Below are positions 16,083 through 25,558 of a stretch of DNA of 54,303 nucleotides, piece after piece; position 1 is the first letter of the stretch, and the number at the start of each line of letters is the position of its first letter. The stretch covers positions 1 through 54,303 of the forward strand of contig CAYVOI010000002.1 in NCBI GenBank assembly GCA_964453605.1, given 5' to 3'. The stretch comes from an uncultured Gammaproteobacteria bacterium (lineage in GTDB: Bacteria; Patescibacteriota; Patescibacteriia; Veblenbacterales; UBA10138). Made by a program: the position numbers and the translations under genes. Under the pieces are notes generated by a model. The model saw only the letters and a program-made list of their open reading frames with translations, did no database searches and had not been told where the DNA came from.

Positions 16083-18551
16083 CTAAACAAAAGTAACAGA
16101 GGCCACCTGGTCTTTCTCTTCCTTAAACCGCATGATCCTTACACCTTGCGTAGCGCGGCCAAGGACGGAGACACTCTTTAACGGCAGCCTGATGACCTGG
16201 CCCTTTTCCGAAATAACCACCAAGTCTTCTTGCTCGCGCTTAGCATTCACTACAAAGGCCTGCACTACCTGGCCAGTCTTCGGCGTAACCTGGGCAGTCT
16301 TGATACCGCTGCCGCCCCTGCCCTGGACCTTGTACTCTTTAAGCGCCGTGCGCTTGCCATAACCGTTCGACATTATCACCAAGAGCTGCTCTGAAGCGGC
16401 AGCTTTACCCTCACTGAGCAAGTCCATACCCGTAACCTCGTCCCCGGGTCTAACCTTAATGCCCCTAACCCCTGCGGCGGTTCTGCCCATAGGCCTGACA
16501 CCTTTTTCCTTAAAGCGGATGCTCTGGCCGCGGGCTGTAACGAGCAGTACGTCGTCCTCCCCGGTACCAGGCTTTACCCACAATAGCTGATCGCCGGGTT
16601 TAAGGTTTATAGCAATCAAGCCTGAGCGGCGGACGTTAGCAAAAGCGTTAAGCTCTACCTTCTTAATAACGCCGTGCCTGGTCACCATGATGAGGTACTT
16701 GTACCCTTCCCAGTCCGTAAGCGACAGTACCTCGCTGACTTTTTCCTCCGGCGCCAGCTGCAGGAAATTGACCACGGCCTGGCCCTTAGCTGTGCGCGAG
16801 CCTACCGGCACATCGTAGGCCTTGAGCTCGAACACGCGGCCGCGGGTTGTAAAGAAAAGCAGGTCAGCGTGGGTGGTGGTGCTAAAGAGGTGCTCCACCG
16901 CGTCCTCCTCTTTAGCGGTTAGGCCGATAACCCCCTTGCCACCGCGGCCCTGGGCCTTGAACGTGTCAGGTGGGAGGCGCTTGAGGTAGCCGTCCTTAGT
17001 GATAATGACAACGCAGGCCTCGTTCGGAATTAGGTCTTCTTGGGTAAACTTATCGACTACGCCAGCGAACACCTGGGTCTTGCGCTCGGTAGCGTACTTG
17101 CCCCGAAGCTCGTCAAGCTCAGTTTTAATAACTGCCAAAATCTTCTTGGGGTGCGCCAGCAAGTCCTCCAGCTCAGCGATGAGTTTCTTTTTTTCCTTAA
17201 GTTCCTCTTCTACCTTCAAGCGTTCCAGGTTCGCCAGCTGCTGCAGCTTCATTTCCAAAATCGCCACGGCCTGCCGCTCCGAAAGCTTAAACTTCTGAAT
17301 CAGGTTCACCTTAGCATCTTCACGGTCCTTGGACTTCTTGATAGTGGCGATGATGCGGTCGATGTCCTCCAGCGCCATGACCAAGCCTTCCAAAATGTGG
17401 GCGCGGTCTTTGGCCTTGTCGAGGTCGTACTGTGTACGACGGCGCACCACCTCTTGACGGTGCTTAAGGTAAGCCTCGAGCACCGCCTTAAGCGTTAGCA
17501 CCCTGGGCTGAATGCCATCTACCAGTGCCAAGCAGTTCACGTGGAACGAGGTTTGGAAGGCGGTCAGCTTAAAGAGTTGGTTCAAAATTTTCCGAGGGTA
17601 CGCGTCGCGCTTCAGTTCTATTACTACCCGGATACCATCTTTATCCGACTCGTCCCTCAGGTCTTTTATGCCTTCAAGCTTTTTGTCCTTCACCAGCTCG
17701 GCAATGTGCATGATGAGTTCAGCCTTGTTCACCTGGTAGGGTAGCTCCGTGGCGACAATAGCAAAGCCCTGTTTAGCCTCCACAATTTCGGCCTTGGCGC
17801 GCATGACAATAGACCCTTTGCCGGTGGCGTAGGCCAGGCGGATGTCGTCCTTATTGAAAATGGCACCGCCAGTTGGGAAGTCAGGCCCTTTTACAAACTT
17901 TAACAGGTCGCCAATGTCGCAATCCGGATTTTCTATAAGGTGGAGGGTGGCGTCTACGACTTCCCCAAGGTTGTGCGGCGGAATGGAGGTGGCCATACCG
18001 ACCGCAATACCCATGGTGCCGTTGAGGAGTAAGTTCGGGAGCTTAGCCGGCAGTACCCCAGGCTCTTTGGTTGAACCGTCGTAGTTCGGGACAAAGTTTA
18101 CGGTTTCCTTGTCGAGGTCAGTAAGGAGCTCCTCAGCAATAGGGGCTAATTTTGCCTCGGTGTAGCGCATGGCGGCAGCCGAGTCGCCATCTACCGAGCC
18201 GAAGTTCCCCTGCCCGGTGACCAGTACCTCGCGCATGGAGAACGGCTGCGCCAGGCGAACGAGCGAATCGTACACCGCCACGTCACCGTGGGGGTGGTAC
18301 TTACCTAACACTTCACCAACCACGGTGGCGCTTTTGCGGAACTTGGCTCCGGGCTTTAGGCCTAGGTCCCACATGGCGTAGAGAATGCGGCGGTGTACAG
18401 GTTTCAAACCATCCCGCACGTCGGGCAAGGCGCGCGACACAATAACGCTCATGGCGTAGTCAAGGTACGACTCTTGCATCTCCTCAACTATGGGCCGTGG
18501 AGTTAGGGTGTTGGCTGGCTGTTGTATAACGTCTTTAGGGTCTTCAGGCAT
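16083..18551 (-). CDS. gyrA: DNA gyrase subunit A
   Basis: 822 aa with [23 protein letters not shown] and the active-site region AAMRYTE. Confidence 0.96.
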   Translation of the reverse strand: MPEDPKDVIQQPANTLTPRPIVEEMQESYLDYAMSVIVSRALPDVRDGLKPVHRRILYAMWDLGLKPGAKFRKSATVVGEVLGKYHPHGDVAVYDSLVRLAQPFSMREVLVTGQGNFGSVDGDSAAAMRYTEAKLAPIAEELLTDLDKETVNFVPNYDGSTKEPGVLPAKLPNLLLNGTMGIAVGMATSIPPHNLGEVVDATLHLIENPDCDIGDLLKFVKGPDFPTGGAIFNKDDIRLAYATGKGSIVMRAKAEIVEAKQGFAIVATELPYQVNKAELIMHIAELVKDKKLEGIKDLRDESDKDGIRVVIELKRDAYPRKILNQLFKLTAFQTSFHVNCLALVDGIQPRVLTLKAVLEAYLKHRQEVVRRRTQYDLDKAKDRAHILEGLVMALEDIDRIIATIKKSKDREDAKVNLIQKFKLSERQAVAILEMKLQQLANLERLKVEEELKEKKKLIAELEDLLAHPKKILAVIKTELDELRGKYATERKTQVFAGVVDKFTQEDLIPNEACVVIITKDGYLKRLPPDTFKAQGRGGKGVIGLTAKEEDAVEHLFSTTTHADLLFFTTRGRVFELKAYDVPVGSRTAKGQAVVNFLQLAPEEKVSEVLSLTDWEGYKYLIMVTRHGVIKKVELNAFANVRRSGLIAINLKPGDQLLWVKPGTGEDDVLLVTARGQSIRFKEKGVRPMGRTAAGVRGIKVRPGDEVTGMDLLSEGKAAASEQLLVIMSNGYGKRTALKEYKVQGRGGSGIKTAQVTPKTGQVVQAFVVNAKREQEDLVVISEKGQVIRLPLKSVSVLGRATQGVRIMRFKEEKDQVASVTFV

Positions 18552-18560
18552 AACTTACAT

Positions 18561-18788
18561 TCAGGGAAAGTTGGCGTTAGCGAGTGGGCGCTTCATGAGG
18601 TTGGTGAGGTCACTAAACGGCTCGGCTGAAGTGCGTCCCAAATTATAGCGAACCGTAAAGTAGGTGAGCACCGCTACCACCACCACGGCCAGAAAAAAGA
18701 GTAACTGCCCGCGGCGGTTATGCGGAGTGAGGTGGCGTGCGGAGCGCTTAAGGATGAGGCGGGCAGGTGCACGGTGTTCATCAGGCAT
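18561..18788 (-). CDS. Hypothetical 75-aa single-pass membrane protein
   Basis: Basic N-terminus and one TM helix (LLFFLAVVVVAVLTYF). Tightly packed between the MBL hydrolase gene and gyrA. Confidence 0.5.
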   Translation of the reverse strand: MPDEHRAPARLILKRSARHLTPHNRRGQLLFFLAVVVVAVLTYFTVRYNLGRTSAEPFSDLTNLMKRPLANANFP

Positions 18789-18791
18789 AGG

Positions 18792-19445
18792 TTACGGGGA
18801 GAGTACCACCAATTTGGTTTCCTCCTGGGGCAAGTCTTTCTTGGTCACCTTAAGCTTATCGGTAACCTCGGGCTTGAGCCCGAGTTCGTGGGTAAACTTG
18901 TCTACTGGGTCAAGGTCAAACTTTAACCCCGGCAGCTTGTAGTGGATGGGGATGAGTATGCGTGGCTCCACCTGCGCGACAATCGCAGCCGCCTGCTTAG
19001 CGTTCACCGTGTAGGTACCCCCCACCGGCAGCACTAAAATGTCCGCGCCCTCCAAAGTCTCAAGCTGGGCTTGGGTGAGTTCGGCCTGACCAATGTCCCC
19101 CAGGTGCGCCAAGCTCAGGCCTTCGGCTTCAAGCAAGTACATGGTAATGGGCCCCCGCTCGCTCCCTCCCGAGTTGTCGTGAAAGCCTGGTACACCGTAA
19201 ATAAAAGTCTGCTTGACCTCGTACTCACCCGGCCCGGCTATGGTAAAGTAGTCGCCGCTTACCCCCGCAAGGTAGTTGTGGTCCGCATGGTCATGGGTTA
19301 CGGCTACTACATCGGCCGTAACTTTGGGGAGCTTTAACCCGACGTAGCCCGGGTCAAAAGGGTCAAAAAGTACGGCGACTTCGCCGTTTGCACCCGGTTT
19401 AGTTTGTACCTTGAGGCAGGCTTGCCCGAGCCACTGGATAACCAT
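18792..19445 (-). CDS. Metallo-beta-lactamase-fold hydrolase (UPF0173-like)
   Basis: VTHDHADH motif with downstream His/Asp ligands; 217 aa. Confidence 0.85.
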   Translation of the reverse strand: MVIQWLGQACLKVQTKPGANGEVAVLFDPFDPGYVGLKLPKVTADVVAVTHDHADHNYLAGVSGDYFTIAGPGEYEVKQTFIYGVPGFHDNSGGSERGPITMYLLEAEGLSLAHLGDIGQAELTQAQLETLEGADILVLPVGGTYTVNAKQAAAIVAQVEPRILIPIHYKLPGLKFDLDPVDKFTHELGLKPEVTDKLKVTKKDLPQEETKLVVLSP

Positions 19446-19508
19446 AAGCGATAGGCTAATCTTAGCAGCTTTTTAAGGCTTAGACAAGGGTAGGCAGGAG
19501 CCCCTCCC

Positions 19509-19537
19509 TTGCCAAAACCAACCACCTCAGGTAAGCT
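19509..19537 (+). promoter_or_regulatory. Candidate rpsA promoter
   Basis: TTGCCA (19509-19514), a 17-nt spacer and TAAGCT (19532-19537). Confidence 0.4.
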
Positions 19538-19660
19538 AGTTTCACCTTAAATTAACTGTCATCTTACTTCATCTGGACGGACAGCCTGCATTCCAGGCCT
19601 AACCCCCTCCAGAGCCCGCCGGACGCATTAAAAATCCGGACGCGGTTAAGACGATTTTTT

Positions 19661-19714
19661 AGTTGCTTGAGCAACTACTCCGACGTAACGTCGGAGTGGG
19701 AGCCCAGGCTCCCA
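19661..19714 (+). promoter_or_regulatory. Three contiguous hairpins abutting the rpsA start codon
   Basis: AGTTGCTTGAGCAACT (19661-19676), CTCCGACGTAACGTCGGAG (19678-19696) and TGGGAGCCCAGGCTCCCA (19697-19714). The ATG is at 19718 and there is no SD. Confidence 0.5.
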
Positions 19715-19717
19715 CCT

Positions 19718-20956
19718 ATGTCACCAAAAAAGAAACTCGAGAACCCCACCTCCAAAATGGCTGAGCTCCTAGCCAAGGAGGAGTATGTGGTTATTCCCCA
19801 GACGGGCGATTTGGTTGAGGGGACTATTGTATCAGTTGGGAAACGCGAAGTACGGGTCGACCTGCCTGGCTTTACCACTGGCGTGGTCCGTGGCCGGGAA
19901 CTGGTAGATGAGTCAGGCGAGTACTCCGAACTTAACGTGGGGGACCGTGTTACCGCCACGGTGCTCGATTTAGAAAACGAGAACGGCGAGCTGGAACTCT
20001 CCTTCCGCCACGCTGGACACCAGAAAGCCTGGGGGGCACTGGAAGAGCTCAGGCGTAAGAAAGAGGTGGTTAAGGTCCGCATTATGGACGCCAACAAGGG
20101 CGGTCTCATGGTAAAGCTCGGGCAGGTGCCGGGGTTCTTACCCGTGTCGCAGCTCACCGTGGAACACTACCCACGCGTTGAGGGTGGCGACAAAAACCGC
20201 ATCTTGGAACTGCTCAAGCAGTATATTGGCCAGGACTTTGAAGTTAAGGTGATAACAGTGGACGATGCCGAGGGCAAGCTGATTGTGTCTGAACGCGCCG
20301 CCTGGGAGGAAAAGCAGAAAGACAAGCTCGACATGTACCACGTGGGCGACACGGTGGAGGGGAAAATTTCTGGCGTGGTCGACTTTGGCTGCTTTGTGGA
20401 ATTTGGCACTGGGCTTGAGGGCTTGGTGCACATCTCCGAGCTCGCTTGGCAGCGCATCGACAACCCACGCGAGGTAGTTAAGGTGGGGCAGCCAGCCAAG
20501 GCCAAGATAATCAACATCGATGGTTCTAAAATTTCCCTCTCCTTCCGTAGGCTAATTGACGACCCGTGGAAAAAGGTGGCTGACAAGTACAAGGTGGGCG
20601 ACATTGTGGAGGGTAAGGTCATTAAGGTGAACCCGTTTGGCGTGTTCGTAGAGCTGGACGCCGAAATCCACGCCCTCTGCCACATCTCAGAGCTTAGCGA
20701 CAAGCCGGTGCAGGACGCCAATGAGTTCGTAAAAGTGGGTGAGACCAGGAAGTTCCGTGTTATCTCCATGGAGCCTAGGGAACACCGCCTCGGGCTCTCT
20801 ATTAAGGCTCTCAGCCAAAAGCCTAAAGCCGAAGAGAAGCCAGGGCCAGCAGAAGTGGTAACTAAACCAGCTGAGGGCAAGGAACCTGCACCAGTTGAAA
20901 CGGTTCCGGTGGCGACGGAAGAAACAAAAGCTCCCAACCCAGAACCAGCAACCTAA
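19718..20956 (+). CDS. rpsA: 30S ribosomal protein S1 (four S1 domains) with a Pro/Glu/Ala/Lys-rich tail
   Basis: Repeated S1 motifs (G..V.G.V......G..V.L..GV.G..H.SE). The start is uncertain (ATG 19718, ATG 19757 or TTG 19667). Confidence 0.88.
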   Translation: MSPKKKLENPTSKMAELLAKEEYVVIPQTGDLVEGTIVSVGKREVRVDLPGFTTGVVRGRELVDESGEYSELNVGDRVTATVLDLENENGELELSFRHAGHQKAWGALEELRRKKEVVKVRIMDANKGGLMVKLGQVPGFLPVSQLTVEHYPRVEGGDKNRILELLKQYIGQDFEVKVITVDDAEGKLIVSERAAWEEKQKDKLDMYHVGDTVEGKISGVVDFGCFVEFGTGLEGLVHISELAWQRIDNPREVVKVGQPAKAKIINIDGSKISLSFRRLIDDPWKKVADKYKVGDIVEGKVIKVNPFGVFVELDAEIHALCHISELSDKPVQDANEFVKVGETRKFRVISMEPREHRLGLSIKALSQKPKAEEKPGPAEVVTKPAEGKEPAPVETVPVATEETKAPNPEPAT

Positions 20957-21040
20957 CCTGCCACAGCTAGAGCAAAGCCGCCTTCGTTAGTCGGGCGGCT
21001 TTGTGGCGCTCATATGGTATTCATGCTACTTCACCTAAGC

Positions 21041-21454
21041 TCAAGGGGTGTCGAGGAACAGGCGCAGCACTCTAATACAGCTCACCAGTAGCAGGTTCCA
21101 CGCCAGCTTCAGCGGAAAGAGCAGTGCAGCCAGAGTTAGGTACGTGAGGTCGGAGCGGGCTGAGGCACGCGCCGAGAAGTAGTGGGTGAAACGTATCACC
21201 CCAGAGGTTTCTTGGATAGTTGACTCAAGTGGAAACAGTAGGAACGTCAGCACGTTCCATAGGGGGCGGGGCCGTACCAACACACGCCAGAACCCAAACA
21301 TAAGAACCGTAGCGCCCCCGGGTGGCAACAAAAACAAATCACGCGAGTACGGTGCCTTACCCTCGGGCAAACGATTAATAACCGTAGAGGCCCGGTAGAG
21401 CACGAGCGCGGCAAAGTGTATGAGCACCACTCCTAAGAGGTACACCATGAGCAT
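21041..21454 (-). CDS. Hypothetical 137-aa membrane protein
   Basis: Four hydrophobic segments. No motif recognised. Confidence 0.55.
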   Translation of the reverse strand: MLMVYLLGVVLIHFAALVLYRASTVINRLPEGKAPYSRDLFLLPPGGATVLMFGFWRVLVRPRPLWNVLTFLLFPLESTIQETSGVIRFTHYFSARASARSDLTYLTLAALLFPLKLAWNLLLVSCIRVLRLFLDTP

Positions 21455-21576
21455 AGGTTTTCCTTTCTTTGCTTAAAGAGCAGTTTTGTTACACTGTAGG
21501 CTAGAGCTTACGGGCCCCGGGCACCCTTGTCAAGACCAGCACACACCCCTATACTGTATAAGCACTACGCAACCGT

Positions 21577-23394
21577 ATGCGCGGACAACTCAAAAACTTC
21601 CTCATCATCTTCGCTGTGTTCCTGGTGCTCTACGCCATACTGTCTGGCATAGACTTTTCGGGCGTGAAAGCCGAACACGTGAGCCTAGACCAGGTGGTGA
21701 ACGCCATTGACGCCGAAACCGTTCAATCCATAGCTATCACTGGTAACGAGCTCCAGGCCACACTAAAAGACGGCAAAACCTTAGTAGCGAGCAAAGAGCC
21801 GTCAGACTCGTTGTCGAGCTTAACCAAGAACTACAACATCGACCCGGTAAAGCTCCGCCGTATTAAGGTGGAGGTTAAAGAACCTTCTGGTTTTAGCTAC
21901 TGGCTCGGCGCCTTGCTGCCGTTCCTGCTGCCGTTCCTGCTGCTGGCTGGGTTTATCTACTTTATGTCACGCCAGATACAGGGCGCCAACACCCGGGCGT
22001 TGTCGTTTGGCCAGTCGCGCGCCCGCGAAACCGACTGGCGTGACAAGCGCAACCGCATCACCTTTCAAGACGTGGCTGGTGTAAAAGAGGCCAAGCAAGA
22101 GCTGCAAGAGGTGGTGGAGTTTTTAAGATCACCCCAGAAGTTCTTAAACTTAGGAGCCAAGATCCCCAAAGGCGTGCTGCTGGTAGGCCCGCCCGGCACT
22201 GGTAAAACGCTGCTGGCGCGGGCGGTGGCGGGCGAAGCGAACGTGCCGTTTTTCCACATTTCGGGCTCAGAGTTTGTGGAAATGTTCGTAGGGGTAGGCG
22301 CTTCCCGCGTCCGCGACCTGTTTGCTCGCGCCAAAAAGAGCGCACCCTGCATTGTCTTTGTGGACGAAATTGACGCCGTGGGCAGGCAGCGCGGCACGGG
22401 TCTTGGGGGCAGCCACGACGAGCGCGAGCAGACGCTAAACCAGATACTGGTGGAGATGGACGGCTTTGAGCAGGGCACGAACGTAATTGTTATGGCGGCT
22501 ACTAACCGACCCGATGTGCTAGACCCAGCGCTCCTTAGGCCCGGCCGGTTCGACCGCAGGGTGGTGCTGGACCAGCCCGACATCAACGACCGAGAGGCTA
22601 TACTCAAAACACATACTGCCAGCAAACCCCTGGCGCCGGACGTGAACTTGCGAGCCATCGCCGAGCGCACGCCAGGGTTTTCGGGCGCAGACCTGGCTAA
22701 CCTCCTCAATGAAGCGGCCATTCTGGCAGCCAGGCGTAACGAGAAAAAAATTCCCATGGCCGACTGCCTTGAGGCCATTGAAAAGGTGCTCTTAGGGCCT
22801 GAGCGCAAGAGCCACATACTCTCTGACCAAGAGAAAAAGGTCACCGCCTACCACGAAGCTGGCCACGCCTTGGTCGCTCACTTCCAGCCTGAAGCCGACC
22901 CGGTGCACAAGGTTTCCATCATCTCCCGTGGCCGGGCCGCGGGCTACACCCTGAAGCTCCCCACCGAGGACAAACACATGCACCCGAAGAGCGAGTTTGT
23001 GGCTGACCTGGCCGTGATGCTGGCAGGACACGCTACGGAGAACGAAATTTTTGGCGAGGTAACAACTGGCGCCCAGAATGACCTTCGACAAGCTACCAAG
23101 CTCGCCCGTTCCCTAGTCACCGAGTTCGGCATGTCGGAAAAACTAGGCCCTCGTACCTTTGGCCTAAAAGAAGAGCTCATTTTCTTGGGCCGGGAAATTT
23201 CAGAGCAGCGCGACTACAGCGAAAAGGTAGCGCAGGAGATTGACGACGAAGTGTCGCAGTTCCTCAAAAAGGCCTACCTCAAAGCCCAAGGGTTAATCCG
23301 CAAGTACCGCACCAAGCTGGACCAACTGGCGAGCACCCTGATACAGAAAGAGGTGCTCGAGCGCGACGAGTTTGAAGCGCTGATGGCGAGTTAG
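21577..23394 (+). CDS. ftsH: ATP-dependent zinc metalloprotease FtsH
   Basis: [18 protein letters not shown], the SRH region, and the HEAGHA zinc motif. Confidence 0.96.
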   Translation: MRGQLKNFLIIFAVFLVLYAILSGIDFSGVKAEHVSLDQVVNAIDAETVQSIAITGNELQATLKDGKTLVASKEPSDSLSSLTKNYNIDPVKLRRIKVEVKEPSGFSYWLGALLPFLLPFLLLAGFIYFMSRQIQGANTRALSFGQSRARETDWRDKRNRITFQDVAGVKEAKQELQEVVEFLRSPQKFLNLGAKIPKGVLLVGPPGTGKTLLARAVAGEANVPFFHISGSEFVEMFVGVGASRVRDLFARAKKSAPCIVFVDEIDAVGRQRGTGLGGSHDEREQTLNQILVEMDGFEQGTNVIVMAATNRPDVLDPALLRPGRFDRRVVLDQPDINDREAILKTHTASKPLAPDVNLRAIAERTPGFSGADLANLLNEAAILAARRNEKKIPMADCLEAIEKVLLGPERKSHILSDQEKKVTAYHEAGHALVAHFQPEADPVHKVSIISRGRAAGYTLKLPTEDKHMHPKSEFVADLAVMLAGHATENEIFGEVTTGAQNDLRQATKLARSLVTEFGMSEKLGPRTFGLKEELIFLGREISEQRDYSEKVAQEIDDEVSQFLKKAYLKAQGLIRKYRTKLDQLASTLIQKEVLERDEFEALMAS

Positions 23395-23469
23395 TCAAAG
23401 CTAGAACTTCGCCTACCCCTGGTGTATACTGGTGGCAGGTACTATTAGCCATAAAAACAAAGGAGGACT

Positions 23470-24468
23470 ATGCGCATCTACCGCGATATCTTAAAAACTG
23501 CCTGGGCCTTGCTGTGGAAGTACCCCTGGCTGTGGGCCTTTGGACTGTTGGTAGCCCTGGTGGGAAATGGCAATGAGTACGACTCGCTGTTTAGCGCCAT
23601 AGGCTCCATCGCTGACCAGGGTACCTTCTTAGGGGCCCTGCAGAGCGCCGTGGCCTCGCACACGGTAGAGCAGGTGTGGCACAACGTTGGCTACACCCTC
23701 TCTCAAGCGCCAGCACTCTTTGCCTTGGGAGGACTGCTTACCCTAGCCGTGGGCCTGCTGGTGGTGTGGGTCATCACCGTTGCCAAGGGTGGCCTTATCT
23801 ATGCGCTGGGTGCACTGGACGCTGGCCAGCCGGTGCGGTTCTCACAGGCAGGTGTGGCAGGGGCCAATAGGTTCTGGGAACTCTTTATTCTAAACGTGCT
23901 GGCCAAATTCTTCAGCTACCTGGTGGTGCTGGTCGCCTTCCTCCCCTTCCTTATCTCGTTCCTGACCCAGCCCGCGGCCTGGGCGAGCTTCAACATGCTC
24001 ATTGTTATCTCCTTCCTGCTCTTTGTGCCCCTGGCGCTCATACTCTCGTTCGTCCTGAAGTACGCGGCTATTGAAATTGTGCTCAAAGGTAAGCGCTGGT
24101 GGCAGGGCCTAGAGCGGGGTATTAACCTGTTCTTTAGGAACTGGCTCGTGAGCTTAGAAATGGCGGCGGCGCTCTTTGTGCTGAACCTGGTGGTCAGCCT
24201 GGTGCTGCTCTTTGTGCTCCTGCCCGACACGCTAGCAATTCGCGACGAGTTGCTGCGGGTAGCGGCCAGTGGCAACACGTTACTCGTTAGTCGCCTCATC
24301 CTGACCGCACTCATTTTTGTGGCGGTCGGCACCTGGTTTGCCACCTTTGAGTACGCGGCTTGGATAGTGCTGTTTAGGCGCCTGGAGCAAGGGCCCGTAA
24401 CGCCCAAGCTGGTGCGCGCTACTGGCGATATGCCAAAGTACCTACCCACCTGGCTCGGTGGTAGGTAA
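23470..24468 (+). CDS. Hypothetical 332-aa polytopic membrane protein
   Basis: At least 6 hydrophobic segments and a GGAGGA SD upstream. Confidence 0.65.
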   Translation: MRIYRDILKTAWALLWKYPWLWAFGLLVALVGNGNEYDSLFSAIGSIADQGTFLGALQSAVASHTVEQVWHNVGYTLSQAPALFALGGLLTLAVGLLVVWVITVAKGGLIYALGALDAGQPVRFSQAGVAGANRFWELFILNVLAKFFSYLVVLVAFLPFLISFLTQPAAWASFNMLIVISFLLFVPLALILSFVLKYAAIEIVLKGKRWWQGLERGINLFFRNWLVSLEMAAALFVLNLVVSLVLLFVLLPDTLAIRDELLRVAASGNTLLVSRLILTALIFVAVGTWFATFEYAAWIVLFRRLEQGPVTPKLVRATGDMPKYLPTWLGGR

Positions 24469-24533
24469 GTAGCAACCATCACTAGGTCTGCCTGCCGTTC
24501 AGAAACAGTCAGTAAAGTAGCTTATTATACAAA

Positions 24534-24568
24534 ACAGGCTCAGGTTGATTCATTCAACCTGAGCCTGT
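24534..24568. terminator. 15-bp perfect hairpin between convergent genes
   Basis: ACAGGCTCAGGTTGA-TTCAT-TCAACCTGAGCCTGT. Confidence 0.65.
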
Positions 24569-24570
24569 GC

Positions 24571-25356
24571 TTACTGGTTGTGCTGCTCAAGCAGCTTGCG
24601 TAACGCGACCTGGGCGGTGCGTAGTTCTTTTTGTGTCGGCTGTCGTGTGGTGACATATTGTTGTAGTAATCGTGAGGCCTGCGCGGTAATAGGTAGCCTA
24701 TCAAGCCCCACCAGTTTATCGAGCCAGAGGGTACACTCGAGTACTGCCCCAAAAAAGAAGAGCGGGTGGCCAAACCATAAGCTCGTGGCCGAGAAGGCAG
24801 CGACTACCTGCAGAACTACTATGGGCAGGAAAAAACGACCACCACACTTTGGGTGAACCGGACTCTCTTGCTGAAACGCTGCCAGACTCGTTGCACCAGT
24901 ACGCTGGTAGGCAGCTATAGCCATATGCTCTGCTCCATGCCAAGGAGCAATGTACAGCTTACTGTATGCCATGAACAAGAGCATAAACACGAACAGTTCT
25001 ATCCAGGTTGGGTATGGCACCGGCAGGTGCTGTCCGGGGGCAGAGGGTGTATGGGGGGAAAGTACACCCATGGTCAAGGCAACCAGGATAACAAGCGCGA
25101 CGACTAAGGCCTGTGACACCTTAATCTTGAGCTGCCCGAGTATAAACAAGAGCACAACTACTAGCCTGGGAATTGGTAGGCGATCGAGCGTATACAAGAA
25201 ACGAGAGAGCCTGGGCAAGCGCTTAACTTCTGTGCTAATTTCCCCGCTTTGCTGATCGTACCGTGCGGTAACTCGGAATTCATTTGACTGGATGCTGATA
25301 CGGTGGTCAGACGAAAAACCGCCAATAATTTTAACTTTGGTTTTACTTTTAGACAC
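24571..25356 (-). CDS. DUF1385-like membrane protein
   Basis: The WHGAEHMAI and HP.CGG motifs are as I recall for DUF1385. Assignment is from memory only. Confidence 0.65.
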   Translation of the reverse strand: MSKSKTKVKIIGGFSSDHRISIQSNEFRVTARYDQQSGEISTEVKRLPRLSRFLYTLDRLPIPRLVVVLLFILGQLKIKVSQALVVALVILVALTMGVLSPHTPSAPGQHLPVPYPTWIELFVFMLLFMAYSKLYIAPWHGAEHMAIAAYQRTGATSLAAFQQESPVHPKCGGRFFLPIVVLQVVAAFSATSLWFGHPLFFFGAVLECTLWLDKLVGLDRLPITAQASRLLQQYVTTRQPTQKELRTAQVALRKLLEQHNQ

Positions 25357-25558
25357 GGTTACTCCTTGCTAGCACAGCTAGCCATTGAATTTACGGTTTA
25401 TAATTATAGTCCAAGAACAACCCTTGGACACAGGTAGGGCGCCACGGGTAAGCCATGAACGTTTGGTAAAGAACAGCTGCATTTAACAGGTTAAGCCAGA
25501 ACTTGTCAAGGGTTTCTTGTTCAGGCTGCCTCAAGCTGCTAGAGTTAAGGCAGAACCT

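Noticed and set aside
20167-20937. Long antisense ORFs opposite well-supported genes: 20167..20937 in rpsA, 22065..22844 in ftsH, 33727..34368 in rny, 41506..42030 in cca, 44340..44846 in the GT2 gene, 38809..39276 in infB, and others
   Set aside because: The opposite strand carries strongly conserved proteins. The antisense products are Ser/Arg/Pro/Thr-rich low-complexity sequences without starts preceded by an SD. This is a common artefact of codon-biased coding sequence.
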